Positions 35,875 through 49,302 of a DNA stretch of 60,477 nt are shown here, in pieces. The stretch's first letter is position 1, and every line of letters begins with the position of its first letter. Source of the stretch: Hemiscyllium ocellatum (Eukaryota). The notes beneath the pieces are model-generated. The model ran no database searches. It worked only from the letters and a program-made list of their open reading frames with translations, and was not told the origin of the DNA. Where the stretch lies: the NCBI RefSeq assembly GCF_020745735.1, contig NW_026867716.1, forward strand, positions 62,001 through 122,477, in the 5' to 3' direction. The translations under genes were made by a program, and so were the position numbers.

Positions 35875-36930
35875 GTAAAAATTCTGGGAAGCATCAAGAG
35901 AGATAAGTGTCCAGGGCCGGATCAGATATATCCAAGGTTACTATGGGAAGCGAGGAATGAGATTGCTGCTCCTCTGGTGATGATCTCTGAATCCTCACTC
36001 TCCATGGGAGTAGTAATGGATGATTGGAGGGAGGCGAGTGTTATTCCTCTGTTCGAGAAAAGGAATAGAAAAATCTCTGGGAATTACAAACCTGTCAGTC
36101 TGATGTCTGTGGTAAGCAACTTCCTGGAAAGGATTTATGACTATTTGGAAGAACATAGTTTGATTAAAGATTGTCAGCGTGGCTTTGTGAGGGTCAGGTG
36201 ATGCCTCACAAGCCTGATTGGGTTGTTTGAGGATGTGATGAGATAAATTGATGAAGGTCGAGCATTGGGTATGGTGATTATGGATTTCAATAAGGCATTT
36301 GATAGTCAATTAATTCAGACAGTTAGGAGGTATGAGACACAGGGAGATGTGGCTGTCTGGATACAAAATTGGCTCGCTGAATGAAGACAGCAAGTGATAG
36401 TGAATGGAAAGTAGGCGGATGGTGTTTTGGTTTTCATTAACAGGTGGAATTGAGTTTAAGAGCCGCGAGGTTTTGCTTCAGCTCTATAAAATCCTGGTTA
36501 GACCACACTTGGAATATTATGTCCAGTTCTGGGTTGTCCCATTACTGGAAGGATGTAGATGCTTTAGAGAGGGTTCAGAGGATATTTGCCAGGATACTCA
36601 CAGGATTGGACGACTTGTCTTATGAAGAGAGGTTGAGTGAGTGAGGGCTTTTTGCACTGGAGAGAAGCAGGAAGAGAGGTGACTTGATAGAGGTATACAA
36701 GGTAATGAGAGGCATAGACAGAGTAGATAGCCAGAGACTCTTCCTAAGGCAGAAATGACTGTCACAAGGAGTCATCATTTTAAGGTGATTGGAGGAAGGT
36801 ATTGGGGAGATGTCAGAGGTAGTTTATTTATGCAGAGACTGGTGGATATGTGGAAGGCAGTGGTAGTAAAGTCAGAAACATTAGGGATATTCAAACGACT
36901 GTTGGACAAACACAAAGATTGAGGGTGTGG
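35875..36930 (+). mobile_element. CR1/HER1 LINE fragment inserted immediately upstream of the V2B acceptor
   Basis: DKCPGPDQIYPRLLWEARNEIAAPL...DWREASVIPLF (35872-36201); homology with the V2A flank stops here. Confidence 0.85.
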
Positions 36931-37247
36931 AGGATATTTTGATCTAAGGTTAAGATAAATGGTCAGCACAACATCGTGGGCTGTAGGGTCTATACTGTGC
37001 TGTACTGTTCTGTGTTCTATGTAACATACAAGGCTATGGACCAAATGCTGGAAGGTTGGACAGGTGCAGACTGACAGTGATGTTTTTGTTGGTGTAGACT
37101 GTATGGCTCAAGGGCCTCTTCCATCCTGTCTAATTCTATAATTGTATGGATCAGCCTTCCTTATGGTTCCTTCCATAAGGAACAAAAACGGAAATAAGAT
37201 ATTGTGGGAGTAAACCATGGGTCCCATAGCAGTAGCTAAATGGTGGG

Positions 37248-37837
37248 TGTCATGGACCAGGCCACACCCCCTCAAAACACTTCAGGAAATTCGCCCAGAC
37301 CCTAACTTATTGAGTTGTTTTATGCAAATGTCGATTGGATAATCCAGGAGAGATGCATATGGCCCAACCACTCACTTTTAACAAAACAGTATTTATTCAC
37401 ACATGAACAAAAGAAAAACACATTTGAATCCCAGAACTATTTAAAACCCAATCGCCTCGATTGCAACTTAATGATGCTGTTCCAAATACTTGGAATGTCC
37501 CCATAAACACTCTCTTGGCAAAAAAGCTACAGTCAAACCCTGGTTCACACAGGAGAGATGTCAGAGAGAGAGAGGATCAACATGGAGCTGTTTCTTTGAC
37601 CAGCAACCTCCAAAAACTGACTGCTTGCTGAACCAAACCAAACCAGAAAAAGTTAAGCTGGGTTAACTGGCCACTTCCCTTTCATTGCATAATTCTTTTC
37701 TGTTTTAATTTGAAAGCCTATTTCCTGAGGCAGTATCTGTTATCTATAATCAAATAGGCCCTAAAACTTCTCTGTTTACAACCCCTCTCAATAAACCAAG
37801 AACAGAATATCCTTGTCAAAGGAGCAGTATTGTCACA
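37248..37837 (-). mobile_element. Solo LTR (590 bp) with 5-bp TSD
   Basis: Termini tgtca...tgtcaca; TSD gtggg at 37243-37247 and 37838-37842. Strand inferred. Confidence 0.85.
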
Positions 37838-37844
37838 GTGGGGA

Positions 37845-39600
37845 AGGGAATAAATCAGCAGATAGTAAAGGCATGTAACAGAGGCAGTTCATTAATCATG
37901 GGTGACTTGAATCTTCGTGCACATTGGGATAGTCAGATTAGCAGAGGGAGCCATGAGGAAGAATTCAGAGACATATTGAAGGCAGTCTCTGAGAACAATG
38001 TGATGTGGATCCAACCAGGGATCAGGCTAGTTTGGGTTTGGTGATGTGTCATGATTCAGGCTTAATAACTGATGACAGAGTGAAAGATACCCTGGAATCT
38101 GTTACCATAACACGATAGCATTGAATATTCAGTTTGAGGGGGAGGAGCTTGGGTTGGCAGCTACTGTGCTTAGCTTACCAAAGGGAATGAGAGCAGAACT
38201 GGCTGGAGTGAGCTGCAGAAACAGTTTAGCAGCAAAAACAGATGAGGAACAATGGCAGACTTGTAACAAGATAGTTTATGGCTCCACAGCTCCAAACCAA
38301 AGGGGTTGCCATGGACACCCGCATGGGCCCCAGCTATGCCTGTCTCTTCGTAGGATATGTGGAACAGTCCATCTTCCGCAACTACACTGGCACCACCCAC
38401 CACCTTTTCCTCCACAACATCGATGACTGTATCGGCGCTGCCTCATGCTCCCACGAGGAGGTTGAACAGTTCATCCACTTTACCAACACCTTCCACCCTG
38501 ACCTCAAATTCACCTGGACCGTCTCAGACTCCTCCCTCCCCTTCCTAGACCTCTCCATTTCTATCTCGGGCGACCGAATCAACACGGACATCTACTATAA
38601 ACCGACTGACTCCCACAGCTACCTAGATTACACCTCAGTTCTGTTGGTTACACAAACTGATAGAAAACAGAGAGTTGGGATAAGGTGGGAGTGATATCCA
38701 GCCAGCAAACTGTAATTAGTGGTGTATCACAGGATCTGAGATGGGGCCACATTTATTATAATATACATTAATGATTTGGATGAGGTCAGTGAATGCACTG
38801 TAGCTGGAGAGAGATGTCGACAGGTTAAATAAGTGAGAAAAACTTAGCAATTGGAATATAATGTGGAAAATGTAAGGTCATACATTTGGCACAAAGAATA
38901 GAGAGGCTGAATATTCGTGAAACAGAGAAAGCCTGCAGAAAGTTCCAGAACAGAAGAACATGCAAATTTCACAAAAACATTCAGCAGAGAGTAGGGAAGG
39001 TCAATGAAATGCTCACCTTTATTTCAAATGGAATCGAATTTTAAAGTGGGGAGGTTTTACCAGACACTAGTTAGTTCACAGCTGGAATATTGTGGATAGG
39101 TTTGGTCCCTTATCAAAGGAAAGTGAAACTGGCATTGGAGGCAGGCCAGAGAAGATTCAATTGGTTGATGCCAGGTCGGGAGGGGCTGTCTTATGGGCAG
39201 CGTTTGACAAGATTGAGCCTGTGCTTGATGGATTACAGAAGAATGACAAGTGACCAAATTGAGACATTAAAGATGCTTCGAGTGCTTGATAAGGTGGATG
39301 CAGCGTGGTTGTCCCCCTTGTCAGGAACAGAGGGCATCAGCTCAGAATGAGGGGTTACACATTTCAGATGAGAGGAATGTTTTCTCTAAGAGGGTAGTGA
39401 ATCTCTGGACTACTTTACCACAGAGAGCAGTTAATGTTGGGTCATTGAGAATAGTCAAGGCTGAGACAGACAAATTTTTAATCATTCACGGAATCAGGGA
39501 TTGTGAAGATAAAGCAAGAATGGGGAATTGACGTTTATCATCGCAGTCATGATCTCACTGAATGTGGAACAGACTCAATGGGCTGAATGGCCTTCCTCTG
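37845..39600 (+). mobile_element. Old CR1-type LINE fragments
   Basis: Endonuclease-like SSLIMGDLNLRAHWDSQISRGSHEEEF; C-terminal KLALEAGQRRFNWLMPG and NVFSKRVVNLWTTLPQRAV. Confidence 0.75.
38290..38636 (+). mobile_element. Young internal Penelope RT fragment without termini, embedded in the old LINE
   Basis: QTKGVAMDTRMGPSYACLFVGYVEQSIFRNY...PTDSHSYLDYTS, nearly identical to 49628-49955. Confidence 0.9.
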
Positions 39601-39938
39601 TTCCTATATCTTATGGGCTACCTGCCTCAGTTCTCAACACCTCCATTTCTGAAACCTGTAAATCCCATTTCCTTTTCCAACCACATTCTTAACATGTCCT
39701 GACATCTTCAAAAACAAATTAGGGAGTTGATGGGATACCATGGGAAGTTTCAGACACGGTGATGGAATGGTCCATAAATCCCAGCCTCATCTCTCTCTCT
39801 CTCCTTCTCACTGCCTCCTGCCTGAGACCAACTGAAAGAGCCCAAGAGAAGGAGCTAACCCGAGAGCTCCCGGTCCAGGTGGATCCTGTTCTCATTGAGC
39901 TATCGGGACAGTGACACCATCCAAACATTGTTCCTTAC

Positions 39939-40319
39939 CTTCAACTTCCAGCGTTGTTGGAGACTTTGTTTGAAAATTCTCAATATTGAGCTCTACACAA
40001 TAGGGATCAGCATCCTCCTGGCTCAGTCCTTTCATCATTATTGAGACATTGTGGTTGGTGAGACCCCCCACGAATCTGAATCGATTCCCACCCTCGTGCT
40101 GTATCACATTCTCACACAGCTCACCCTGGGAATGGTCTGGACCAGGATATGTACACTTAAAGATAAAAGCCCGTATTTCCTCCTTGTACCATAAGATGGA
40201 GCCGGTGAGTGTGAGGTGAGTGTCAGGGTGGGTGAAGCTGCAGGGTAAGACAGCGGAGCCTCCTTCCTCAGCCCTCACTCCATCCGCGACTGTCATTGAC
40301 CAACCATTAACAGAAACCA
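39939..40319 (-). CDS. SIGLEC15-like: V-set Ig exon V1B, Siglec-15-like, open frame but lacking the sialic-acid-binding Arg
   Basis: Acceptor ccctcacag, donor G|gtaagg, 381 nt, phase 1-1. GWSMTVADGVRAEEGGSAVLPCSFTHP...ILW...FIFKCTYPGPDHSQGELCEN...RFRFVGGL...EDADPYCVELN matches the Siglec-15 V-set pattern as recalled (WSMQVPPEVSAEAGDAAVLPCTFTHP; extra Cys pair FRC...ELC; RFRLLGN; YFCRVE). Orthology not established. Confidence 0.85.
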
Positions 40320-40789
40320 CTGTGAGGGAAGAGGGAGAGAGAGAGAGGGAGGTAGAGTCTGAACACAGCACTGGGACAGACATCAGTGTGTGGAAGTGAA
40401 ACTTGGAGACTCTATTCTGAGTATGTTATTTAGTGAGAACAGGTTAAACAGCTATAATGAGAGGGAGTGAACAAATAGTAATGTAAATTCATGAGCAATC
40501 CAATACACTGGGGACAGAGTTTCTGTTCCCACCATGGCAGCTGCTGGAAATTCAAATCAGTTATTACATCAGGAATTAAACACCAATCTAATGGGAACCA
40601 TGAAACCATGATCAATTGTTGGAAAAAATCCATCTGGTTCACTGATGTTCTTTAGAAAAGGGAAATACCGTCCTTACCCAGTCTGACCTGCATGTGACTC
40701 CAGTCCCACAGCAACAGATTTGACTCTAAACATCCCACATCAATGACAAAGGGAGACACTGAGTTGGACAAAAACAGTATAAAATGTGA

Positions 40790-42020
40790 AAGGGAAGTTA
40801 CAGAGATGTGCAGCACAGAAACAGACCCTTCAGTCCAACTTGCCCATGCCCATCAGATATCCTGAATAAATCTTGTCCCATTTGCCATATTTGGCCAATA
40901 CCCCTCAGACCCCTTCCTATTAATATACCATCCTTTTAAATGTTATAATTATACCAGCCTCTACCACATCCCCTGGCAGTTCATTTCATTCTCACACCAC
41001 ACTCTGCATGAAAACGGTGTCCCTTCGGTCCCTTTTAAATCTTGCCCCTCCCACCTTAAACCTGTGCCCTCTAGTTTTGGACGCCCGTACCCTGGAGAAA
41101 AGACCTTGACTATTTATCATGTTTAAATTACGATTTGATGAACACCTTTAAGGTCACCCGTCAGCCACCAACACTCCAGGGAATCTTGCCCCAGCTTATT
41201 CAGCTTCGCCCACAACTCAAGCCTTTCAGGCCTGGTATCATTCTCCTCAATCTTTTCTGAACTCTTTTGAGTTTCACAGCATCTTTGCTATAGCAGGGAG
41301 GCCAGAAATGAATGCAGTATTCCAAAAGTGGGCCAACCAACATCCTGTACAGCCATGACAAGACCTCCTCATTCCTGTACTCAATGCATTGATCAATAAA
41401 GGTGAGTTTATCAAATGCTTCCTTCATTAACCAGTCTACCCTTTGACTCCACTTTCAAAGAACAATGAACCTGCACTCCAAGGTCTCTTTGTTTGGCAAC
41501 ACTCCCCAGTACCTTACCAGGAAGTGTATAAGTCCTGCCCTGATTTGCCTTAACAAAATGCAACACCTCAAAATTATCTAAGTTAAACTCCATCTGCCAC
41601 TCCTCAGCCCATTGGCCCATCTGATCAAAGTCCCATTGTTCTCTGTGATAACCTTCTTTGCTGTTCACTACACCTCCAATTTTGGTGTCATCTGGAAACT
41701 TACTGACCATTTCTCTGATATTCACATCTGAGCCATTTATATAAATGATAAGAAGCAGTGGATCCAGCACCGATCCTTGCAGCACACCGCTGGGTACAGG
41801 CCTCCAGTCTAAAAAGCAATCCTGCACCACCACACTCTGTGTCCTATCTTCAAGCCAGTTAGGTATCTATATGGCTAGTTTCCCCTGTATTCCATGTGAT
41901 CTAACCTTGTTAACCAGTCTATCATGCAGAACCCTGTCAAATACCTTGCTGAAGTCCATTTAGGCCATGTCCACCACTCTCCATTCATCAATCATCTTCA
42001 TCACTCCTTCATAAAACTCA
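40790..42020 (-). mobile_element. CR1/HER1 LINE 3' part
   Basis: DWRPVPSGVLQGSVLDPLLLIIYIN...SKFPDDTKIGG (41411-41833). Confidence 0.9.
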
Positions 42021-42028
42021 ATGGGTCA

Positions 42029-42274
42029 TGTTATGTCTGAACATGTCCTACTGATCCACACATTATCAGGAGCTACACAAATGTACAAGAATCCCAATAG
42101 GATGACCCCAACACCCAAAGTGCCTGACAGACTGTTACTCAGGACAGAACTGAGCAACACCAGGATTCTTCAGTAACAGTTAAATAATTCCATGAATGAA
42201 TAATTCCAGTAATAAGAGCAGTGAAAGAAATGGATACCTAATTAATGCTCCTAAACAGCATCCCTTCAAAGCCA

Positions 42275-42321
<47 letters not shown>

Positions 42322-42885
42322 AAGACAGAGAAAAGATAGACGATTTATATGAGTGACAAAAGAATGTAGACAGGGTAACAGGGTAAACAAAACTCTGAAA
42401 ATAAAAGTCCTGATCACAAGATGGAAGGATCGTTCTCTCTCACAGTTCTTGTGTTTTTTGTAGCAGGAATGAGATGCTGTGTTCCGGACAGTGATGGTTA
42501 TGCTTCAAATTCAACGGCCATTCAGGAGAACTTAGAACTTTTCACATGTGACTTCTTTCTTTCCAGATTACTTGTGTTTTCTCTGCTTTTCTCTCCAGTG
42601 ATGGGGGAGAGGCAGAGCTGGCTGCTTTCTCTCTGTAGGCCCCAGATACTTTCCACTTTCAGAGACTCCAGGAATATATAACTTTGTAACAGCACAGTTC
42701 AACCAATCAGACAGCAGTTGCTGAGCAGAATTTTCTGAACTCGAAACATTATCATGAAGTCCGATGACATCAGGTCAAACATGAGCAAGGGAATCTCCGG
42801 ATGACTACCCACTGCCACATTCCCCCCACTCCCAGGCTTCTGATCATGTTTATCACCACTTGGAGGAAGCACTGAGGTCAACACT
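42029..42885 (-). mobile_element. Probable LTR-like repeat with (CA)n at 42278-42319
   Basis: Starts tgttatg; internal microsatellite and CCAAT-like motif resemble the layout of the other solo LTRs; no TSD found. Confidence 0.4.
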
Positions 42886-44479
42886 GGCACAGAATGTACT
42901 CTGGGTGGGAGACGTCACTGTCCAACACCAAGACAGACTCAGCAGCTTTACTACTGCCTGAGCTGGTGGAATCTGAAATGACATAGCTCTTGGACTGGGT
43001 CTGTGGCGGGTGGTGAGGGAACCAACAAGAGAGAAAAGCTTGACCTTGTCCTCAGTCGTCTATCTGCCTATTATAGAATTGGGAGGAGTAACTATCACAC
43101 AGTCCCGTGGAGACAAATTCCCATCTTCACACTGAGGTACATCCCCATCATGTATGGCACTAGGCCTGTGTTAAATGGGACAGACTTTGAACAGATCGAG
43201 CAAGTCAAGACTGGGATCCCTGAGACACTGTGGGCCATCAGTACAGCAGAGTGAGCTGTAACACAATCTGTAAGCTCATGGCATGTAATTCTCCCCCACT
43301 CAGCCATTACAATCAAGTCAGAACATCAATTCTGGTTCAATGAACAATGCAGGAGGTGATGCCAGGAACATCACCAGCAAACCTGAAAATGAGATGTCAG
43401 CTCTAAAACTACTTCTGTGTCAAACAGCATAAACCACAATTGATGCTCTGGGGGAAGTGATTCCACTGTCAGTGCATCAGATATAAGCTCAGCAGACCTG
43501 TCACATGCAGTTATGAATGGGTGAGGACAATTAAGCAACTAACAGGAATATGAGTCTCCACAAATATCCCCATCCTCAATGAGGGGGGGCCCTGCTCATC
43601 AGTGCAAATAATAGGGCTGTGGCATTCACACCTAACTTGACCCAGAAGATGTCCCCAGCATCATAGAAGATTCCTTACCCAGCGGCAAATATAATTCAGT
43701 GGGTCAGCATTCACGTGTAGATAGGGCTAGGGACAGAAATCATGGGATCTAGTGCTGTTCCTCACACAGCCCCTGGCCCAACCTCCAGGACATACACTCA
43801 CTTCCACTGACCTGACACAGTGAACACCCTTCTTCAATCCTGATGTACTGTCCACCCCTGTCCTGGAGAGACCTGACCAAGTAAGGATGGCAGAGACAAA
43901 AACAGAAATTGTGGGAAAAACTCAGCAGGTATGGTGACATCTGTGGAGAGAAAGTAAAGTTAATGTTTTGGGTCCAGTGACACTTCTTCAGAAATAAAAT
44001 GATCAAAAACAGTGGACTGAGAGGAGTGTGGGTCTTGCAGCTGCTCCTGAGATTCAGATTTATTTTCAAATTTACTTCCAGCTTTCTTACATTTATTACA
44101 TTTCAGTCAGAAAAGCTTTTTGTTTGATTCACTTTTAGTTATTTTATATTCAATAACACAAAAGAAATTCCCAAAATGGACAGGCACAATTTATTTTATC
44201 AAACAGAGTCCTATCAATGGACTTTTTGGATAGGCCCACATGTGGGCTGTGGGAAGTTTTGCTGATGGAAAATCATTGCTGAGGGAAGTTTTGTTTCAAA
44301 CCAAGTTGTGGTCACAGAGCTCTTGGACAGGTTAACACGTGGTTGGCTCTGGAGTGGGATTTTATTTTTAATCAGAACATTGATAGCTGTCTGCTGACCA
44401 CTTGTGCTTAATATTAGCTCTTTTGATAAAGAAATGTAGTTTATTTTAGAGTTAAAATGTCAGTGTAAGTTGCTTCTTT

Positions 44480-47400
44480 TTTGACTTAATGACATTGAGG
44501 ACATACAAGAGACACAGAGTTAGATGGCCAGTAGATTTCGAGAGGTGATAACACAGCAGGATCAGTCAGATAGGATGACTGTCAGGAAAGGTAAGAAGGT
44601 AGTTCAGAAATCTCTCGGACTGTTGAAAGGATAATCTCTCAGGGGAAATTAGAAGGGACAGTCAGATCTCGGGCGCTAAAAATGAACCTTATGTTCAAAG
44701 GGATTTGACAACATTTAAAAGAATAATTGTTGTAGGTGATTCTCCTGTCAAGGCGACAGACAGGAGGTTCTGCAGCAGTGAGCATGGATCTAGGATATTA
44801 GACTGTTTTCTTGGTGCTAGGATTAAGGACATTGCAAAATGTTTGAAGCATACTGTTAAAGGGAATAATGAGAAACCAGAAGTTTTTGTACACATTGATG
44901 GGAATGACATAGTTAGGGAAAGGATTAAGTCTTCACAAAGTAATATCAAAGGTTAGGTCGAAGATTAAAAAACAGACCCACAAAAGTAATAATCTCTGGT
45001 TTACTCCCAAAGCCAAGTTCAGATGAGGGAACAAAAGGATAAAGGAGACAAATCAATGGCTGAAGAGGGATTCAGATTCTTGGATCACTGTGTCCTCTTC
45101 TGAGACAGAAAAGACCATTCACAAAGGACGGTTTCAACTGTACTGCTTTCGGGAACAATGTGTGAACAAAGGGATTGAGTTTCCAGTCAGGGATAGGAGA
45201 GAATCGTACACTAAATATAAACAACTGGATCCAAATGGATCTCTTGCACCATATAATGAGTGTCGGGGCATTCATACGAGGGCGATCAGGAAGTCAAAGA
45301 AAGGACATGAGATAGCCTCAGCAAATAAGGTTAAGGATAATCCAAAGGGATTCTATAAATACATTAAGACCAAGACAGCAACAAGAGACAGAGTATAGGG
45401 CAAAGAGATTGCCTTTGTATTCAACCTCAAGAGCTGGAAGAGATCTTAAGTGAATATTTGTTGTCAGTTTTTACTGTGGAGAGAGAAGTGGAGGTGAGAG
45501 AACGCTGAGAAATAAATATTGATGTTTTGAAAACCGTTTGCATTACAGAAGAGGAAGGGCTGGAGGTCTTTGAAAATATAAATCTCTGAGCCCTGATCTC
45601 ATGAATCCCAGGACTTTGTCAGAAGTTAAGATGAAATTGCTGGGCACCTTGCAGAAACATTTGTATCATCTATAAATACGAGTGAGACGCTGAGTGAGTG
45701 GAGAGTGACTAATGTTCAAGAAGGGATGTCAGGGGAAGCCTGGGAACTTCAGACCTGTGTGTCTGACTTCAGTGGTGGATAAGTTGTTGAAAATAATTCT
45801 GAAATTTGGGATTTATATGCATTTGGAGAGGCAAGGAATGAATAGGGATAGTCAACATGGGAGACTGATCAACAAGATTAGATCTCATGGAATACAGGGA
45901 GAACCAGTTATTTGGATACAGAACTGGCTCAAAGGGAGAGGACAGTGGGTGGTGGTGGAGGGATGTTTTTCAGACTGGAGGCCTGTGACCAGTGGAGTGC
46001 CACAAGGACTGGTGCTGGGTCCTCTACTTTTTGTCATATACATAAATGATTTGGATGTGAGCATAAGAGGTACAGTTAGTAAGTTTTCAGATGACACCAA
46101 AAGTGAAGGTGTAGTGGACAGCAAAGAAGGTTACCTCAGATTACAACAGGATCTTGACCAGATGGGGCAATGGGCTGAGAAGTGGCAGATGGAACTTAAT
46201 TCAGATAAATGCGAGGTGCTGCATTTTGGGAAAGCAAATCTTAACAGGACTTATACACTTAATGGTAAGGTCCTAGGGAGTGTTGCTGAACAAAGAGACC
46301 TTGGAGTGCAGGTTCATAGCTCCTTGAAAGTGGAGTCGCAGTTAGATAGGATAGTGAAGTAGGCATTTGGTATGCTTTCCTTTATTGATCAGAGTATTGA
46401 ATACAGGAGCCGGGGGGGGGGGGGGGGGGGGGGGGTCATGTTGCAGCTGTACAGGACATTGGTTAGGCCACTGTTGGAAGATTGTGTGCAATTCTGGTCT
46501 CCTTCCTACTGGAAAGAAGTTGTGAAACTTGACAGGGTTCAGAAAGGATTTACAAGGATGTTGCCAAGATTGGATGATTTGAGCTAAATGGAGAGGCTGA
46601 ACAGACTGGGGCTATTTTCCCTGGAGCATCAGAGGCTGAGGGGTGACCTTACAGAGGCTTACAAAATTATGAAGGGTATGGATAGGATAAATAGGCAAAG
46701 TCTTTTCCCTGGGGTCGGGGAGTCCAGAACTAGAGGGCATAGGTTTAGGATGAGGGGGAAAGATATAAAGCAGATCTAAGGAGCAAATGTTTCACACAGA
46801 GAGTGGTACATGTATGGAATGAGCTGCTGGAGGAAGTGGTGGAGGCTGGTACAATTGCAACATTTAAGAGGCATTTGGATGGGTACATGAATAGGAAGGG
46901 TTTGGCGGGATATGGGCCGGGTGCTGGCAGGTGGGACTCGAGTGGGTTGGGATATCTGGTCAGCATGGATGGGTTGGACTGAAGGGTCTGTTTCCATGCT
47001 ATACATCTCTATGGCTCTATGACTCTAGAGATAGTCAGCATGGTTTTGTGCAAGTGATATTGTGTCTCACAAACTTGATTGAGATTTTTGAAGAGGTAAA
47101 CAAGAAAATTGATGAGGGCAGAGGGGTTAACATTGTTTACTTAGACTTTGGTAAATCCTTTGACAAGGTTCCGCATTGTAGACTAATTAGTGAAGTTAGA
47201 TCCCATGGGATTCCGGGTGAGCTTGGCAAGTGGATGCACAATTGGCTGAAAGGCAGAAGACAGAGAGTGACGGTGGAGGGAGGGTTTTGTTTCGGAGGCC
47301 TGTGACCAGCAGGGTTCCACGGGGATCGGGGCTGGGCCCACTTTTGTCAGTCATTTGTTTTAAAAATTTAGATAAGAACACAGAAAGAATGTTTTACAAG

Positions 47401-48240
47401 TTTGCGGTTGACACCAACATTGATGGTACATTGAACAATGAAAGAAGGTTATCTTAGAATACAAAGAGATCGTCATCAAATGGGTTAATGGGCTGAAGAG
47501 CGACAGATGGAGTTTAAGATAAGTGTGAGGTATTGCACTTTGTGAAAACAAACAAAGGCAAGACTTATACAATTAAAATTAGGGCCTTGGGTAGTGCTGT
47601 AGAACAGAGACCTTGGGATTCAGGCATCATCTATATATACAGTGGTTCAGCAGCAGTTGGGATATTATGTTCAGGGTGGACAGGATGCTGGTGAGTCCTC
47701 TATAGTGTCCAGTTCTGGTCACCCTGTTATTGCAAGGATATCATTTAGCTGGAGAGGGTTCAGAAGAGATTTACCAGGAAGTTGCTGAGAAAGTAGGCCT
47801 TGAGTTACCGGAAGAGGCTGGAGCGACTGGGACTTTTCTCACTGGAGTGTACAAGGTTGAGAGGTGACCTTATCAAGATCGATAAAAGCCTGAGGAATAT
47901 AGATAAGGTGAATGGCAGGTGTCTTTTTGCTCAGGTGGGAGATTTCAAGACTGGGGCATATCTTTAAGGTGAGAGGAGAAAGGTTTTAAAAAGACATAAG
48001 GGGCAGTTTTTATTTTACACAGAGAGTGGTTCATGTGGAATGAGCTTCCAGAGGAAATGGTGGATGTGGGTACAGTTACAATGCTTAAAAGACATTTAGA
48101 TAATTTCATGAAAAAGAAATGTTTGGAGGGATACAGGCCAAGTGCAGGCAGGTGGGAGTACTTTAGTTTGGGATTATGGTCAGTGTGGACTAGTTGAACT
48201 GAAAGGTCTGCTCCTGTGCTGTATGACTCTATAACTGATT
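44480..48240 (+). mobile_element. Stack of CR1/HER1 LINE fragments (ORF1 esterase-like, RT, 3' ends), includes G24 run at 46412-46435
   Basis: RIIVVGDSPVKATDRRFCS...FLGARIKD (44705-44956); DWRPVTSGVPQGLVLGPLLFVIYINDLD...KFSDDTK (45712-46362). Confidence 0.9.
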
Positions 48241-49266
48241 ATAGCTGGGAAAAGGTTGGTATAGATGCTGAAGATGGGGAGGTGGGTGAGGGGGCAGGAG
48301 TAAAAACTCAGTGGGAAGGGACCCCAGACAGAGAGAAAAACAATTGGACAGACAAACGAAAGGGGAAAGGTCGGCCTGGGAGAATGAACAGCTGCTGATG
48401 GGGACCATGCGTCACTGACAATGGATTGTTTTGGTCGTAGCCCATGTGATGACAAGGCCTGGTGTGTGGGGGTTGGGGGAAGGAGATAGGAGAAGGTGCT
48501 GAGGCACTAAAATTATTGACCTCAATATTGAGTCCAGAAGGTCACTGGGTCCCCAAAAGCTGGTGTGTCAATCTGGCAGGCAACTGGATGTTCAGCCTCA
48601 TTTTTGTGGACGAACATTTCTGTTCTGCAAAGTAATCACCCAGTCTGTGTTTTGTTTACCCAATACAGAGTTTGAAGTGGACTGTGCAGAGTTGGTGGAT
48701 TATGAGCAGCCCCGAGCCTGCGTGAGGTGGTGCTGATGGAGAGAGAGGGCTCAATATTGTGCGTATGGCAACAAATGACACTGAGTATGAATGGCAGATT
48801 TCATTCTCTAAATCAAGTCACCGTATTCCTACCAGACCATGGGCTGCTTTCTCTTGAGAGAGAGAGAGAAATGTTGGTGGTTTAACCTGAGGGCCACCGC
48901 ACCTCAGTGAGGGGAGAGTTGAGAAGGAGGGTCCCTCATGGTCACCTGAGCCAATGTGGGGATTGAACCCACACGATTGGCATCACACTGCTTAGCAAGC
49001 CGACCGCCCAGCTAACTGAACCAAACTCCAGATTCCCTGAAGTGTACAACTGAATCAGATCAGATTTTCCAAATCTCAGCCATGAGGTTAGCTTTACTTT
49101 CAAATTCCAGATTTTAAAAAACATTTATTCACAGTTCACCTTCTGTTGTGATGGGATTTGAACCCATAGCCACAGACTTGCGTGTCTGGATTAGTCAACC
49201 AGCAACAGTAACAAATGTGTTGCTGGTCAAAGCACAGCAGGCCAGGCAGCATCTCAGGAATAGAGA

Positions 49267-49302
49267 ATTCGACGTTTCGAGCATAAGCCCTTCATCAGGA
49301 AT
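49267..49302 (-). ncRNA. Minimal type I hammerhead ribozyme motif (best-preserved copy)
   Basis: AUUC-CUGAUGA-A-GGGC UUAU GCUC-GAAAC-GUC-GAAU: stem I AUUC/GAAU, stem II GGGC/GCUC, GUC cleavage triplet, palindromic ACGU in place of stem III. Confidence 0.75.

Noticed and set aside
39939-40319. Alternative identity as NKp30/NCR3 or a rearranging antigen-receptor V segment
   Set aside because: No RSS heptamer/nonamer flanks; G strand is encoded in the exon; the WSM...AVLPCxFTHP start and extra Cys pair fit Siglec-15 better. A phylogeny is still needed.
46412-46435. G24 homopolymer, possible G-quadruplex
   Set aside because: Inside a decayed LINE; length unreliable and no functional context.
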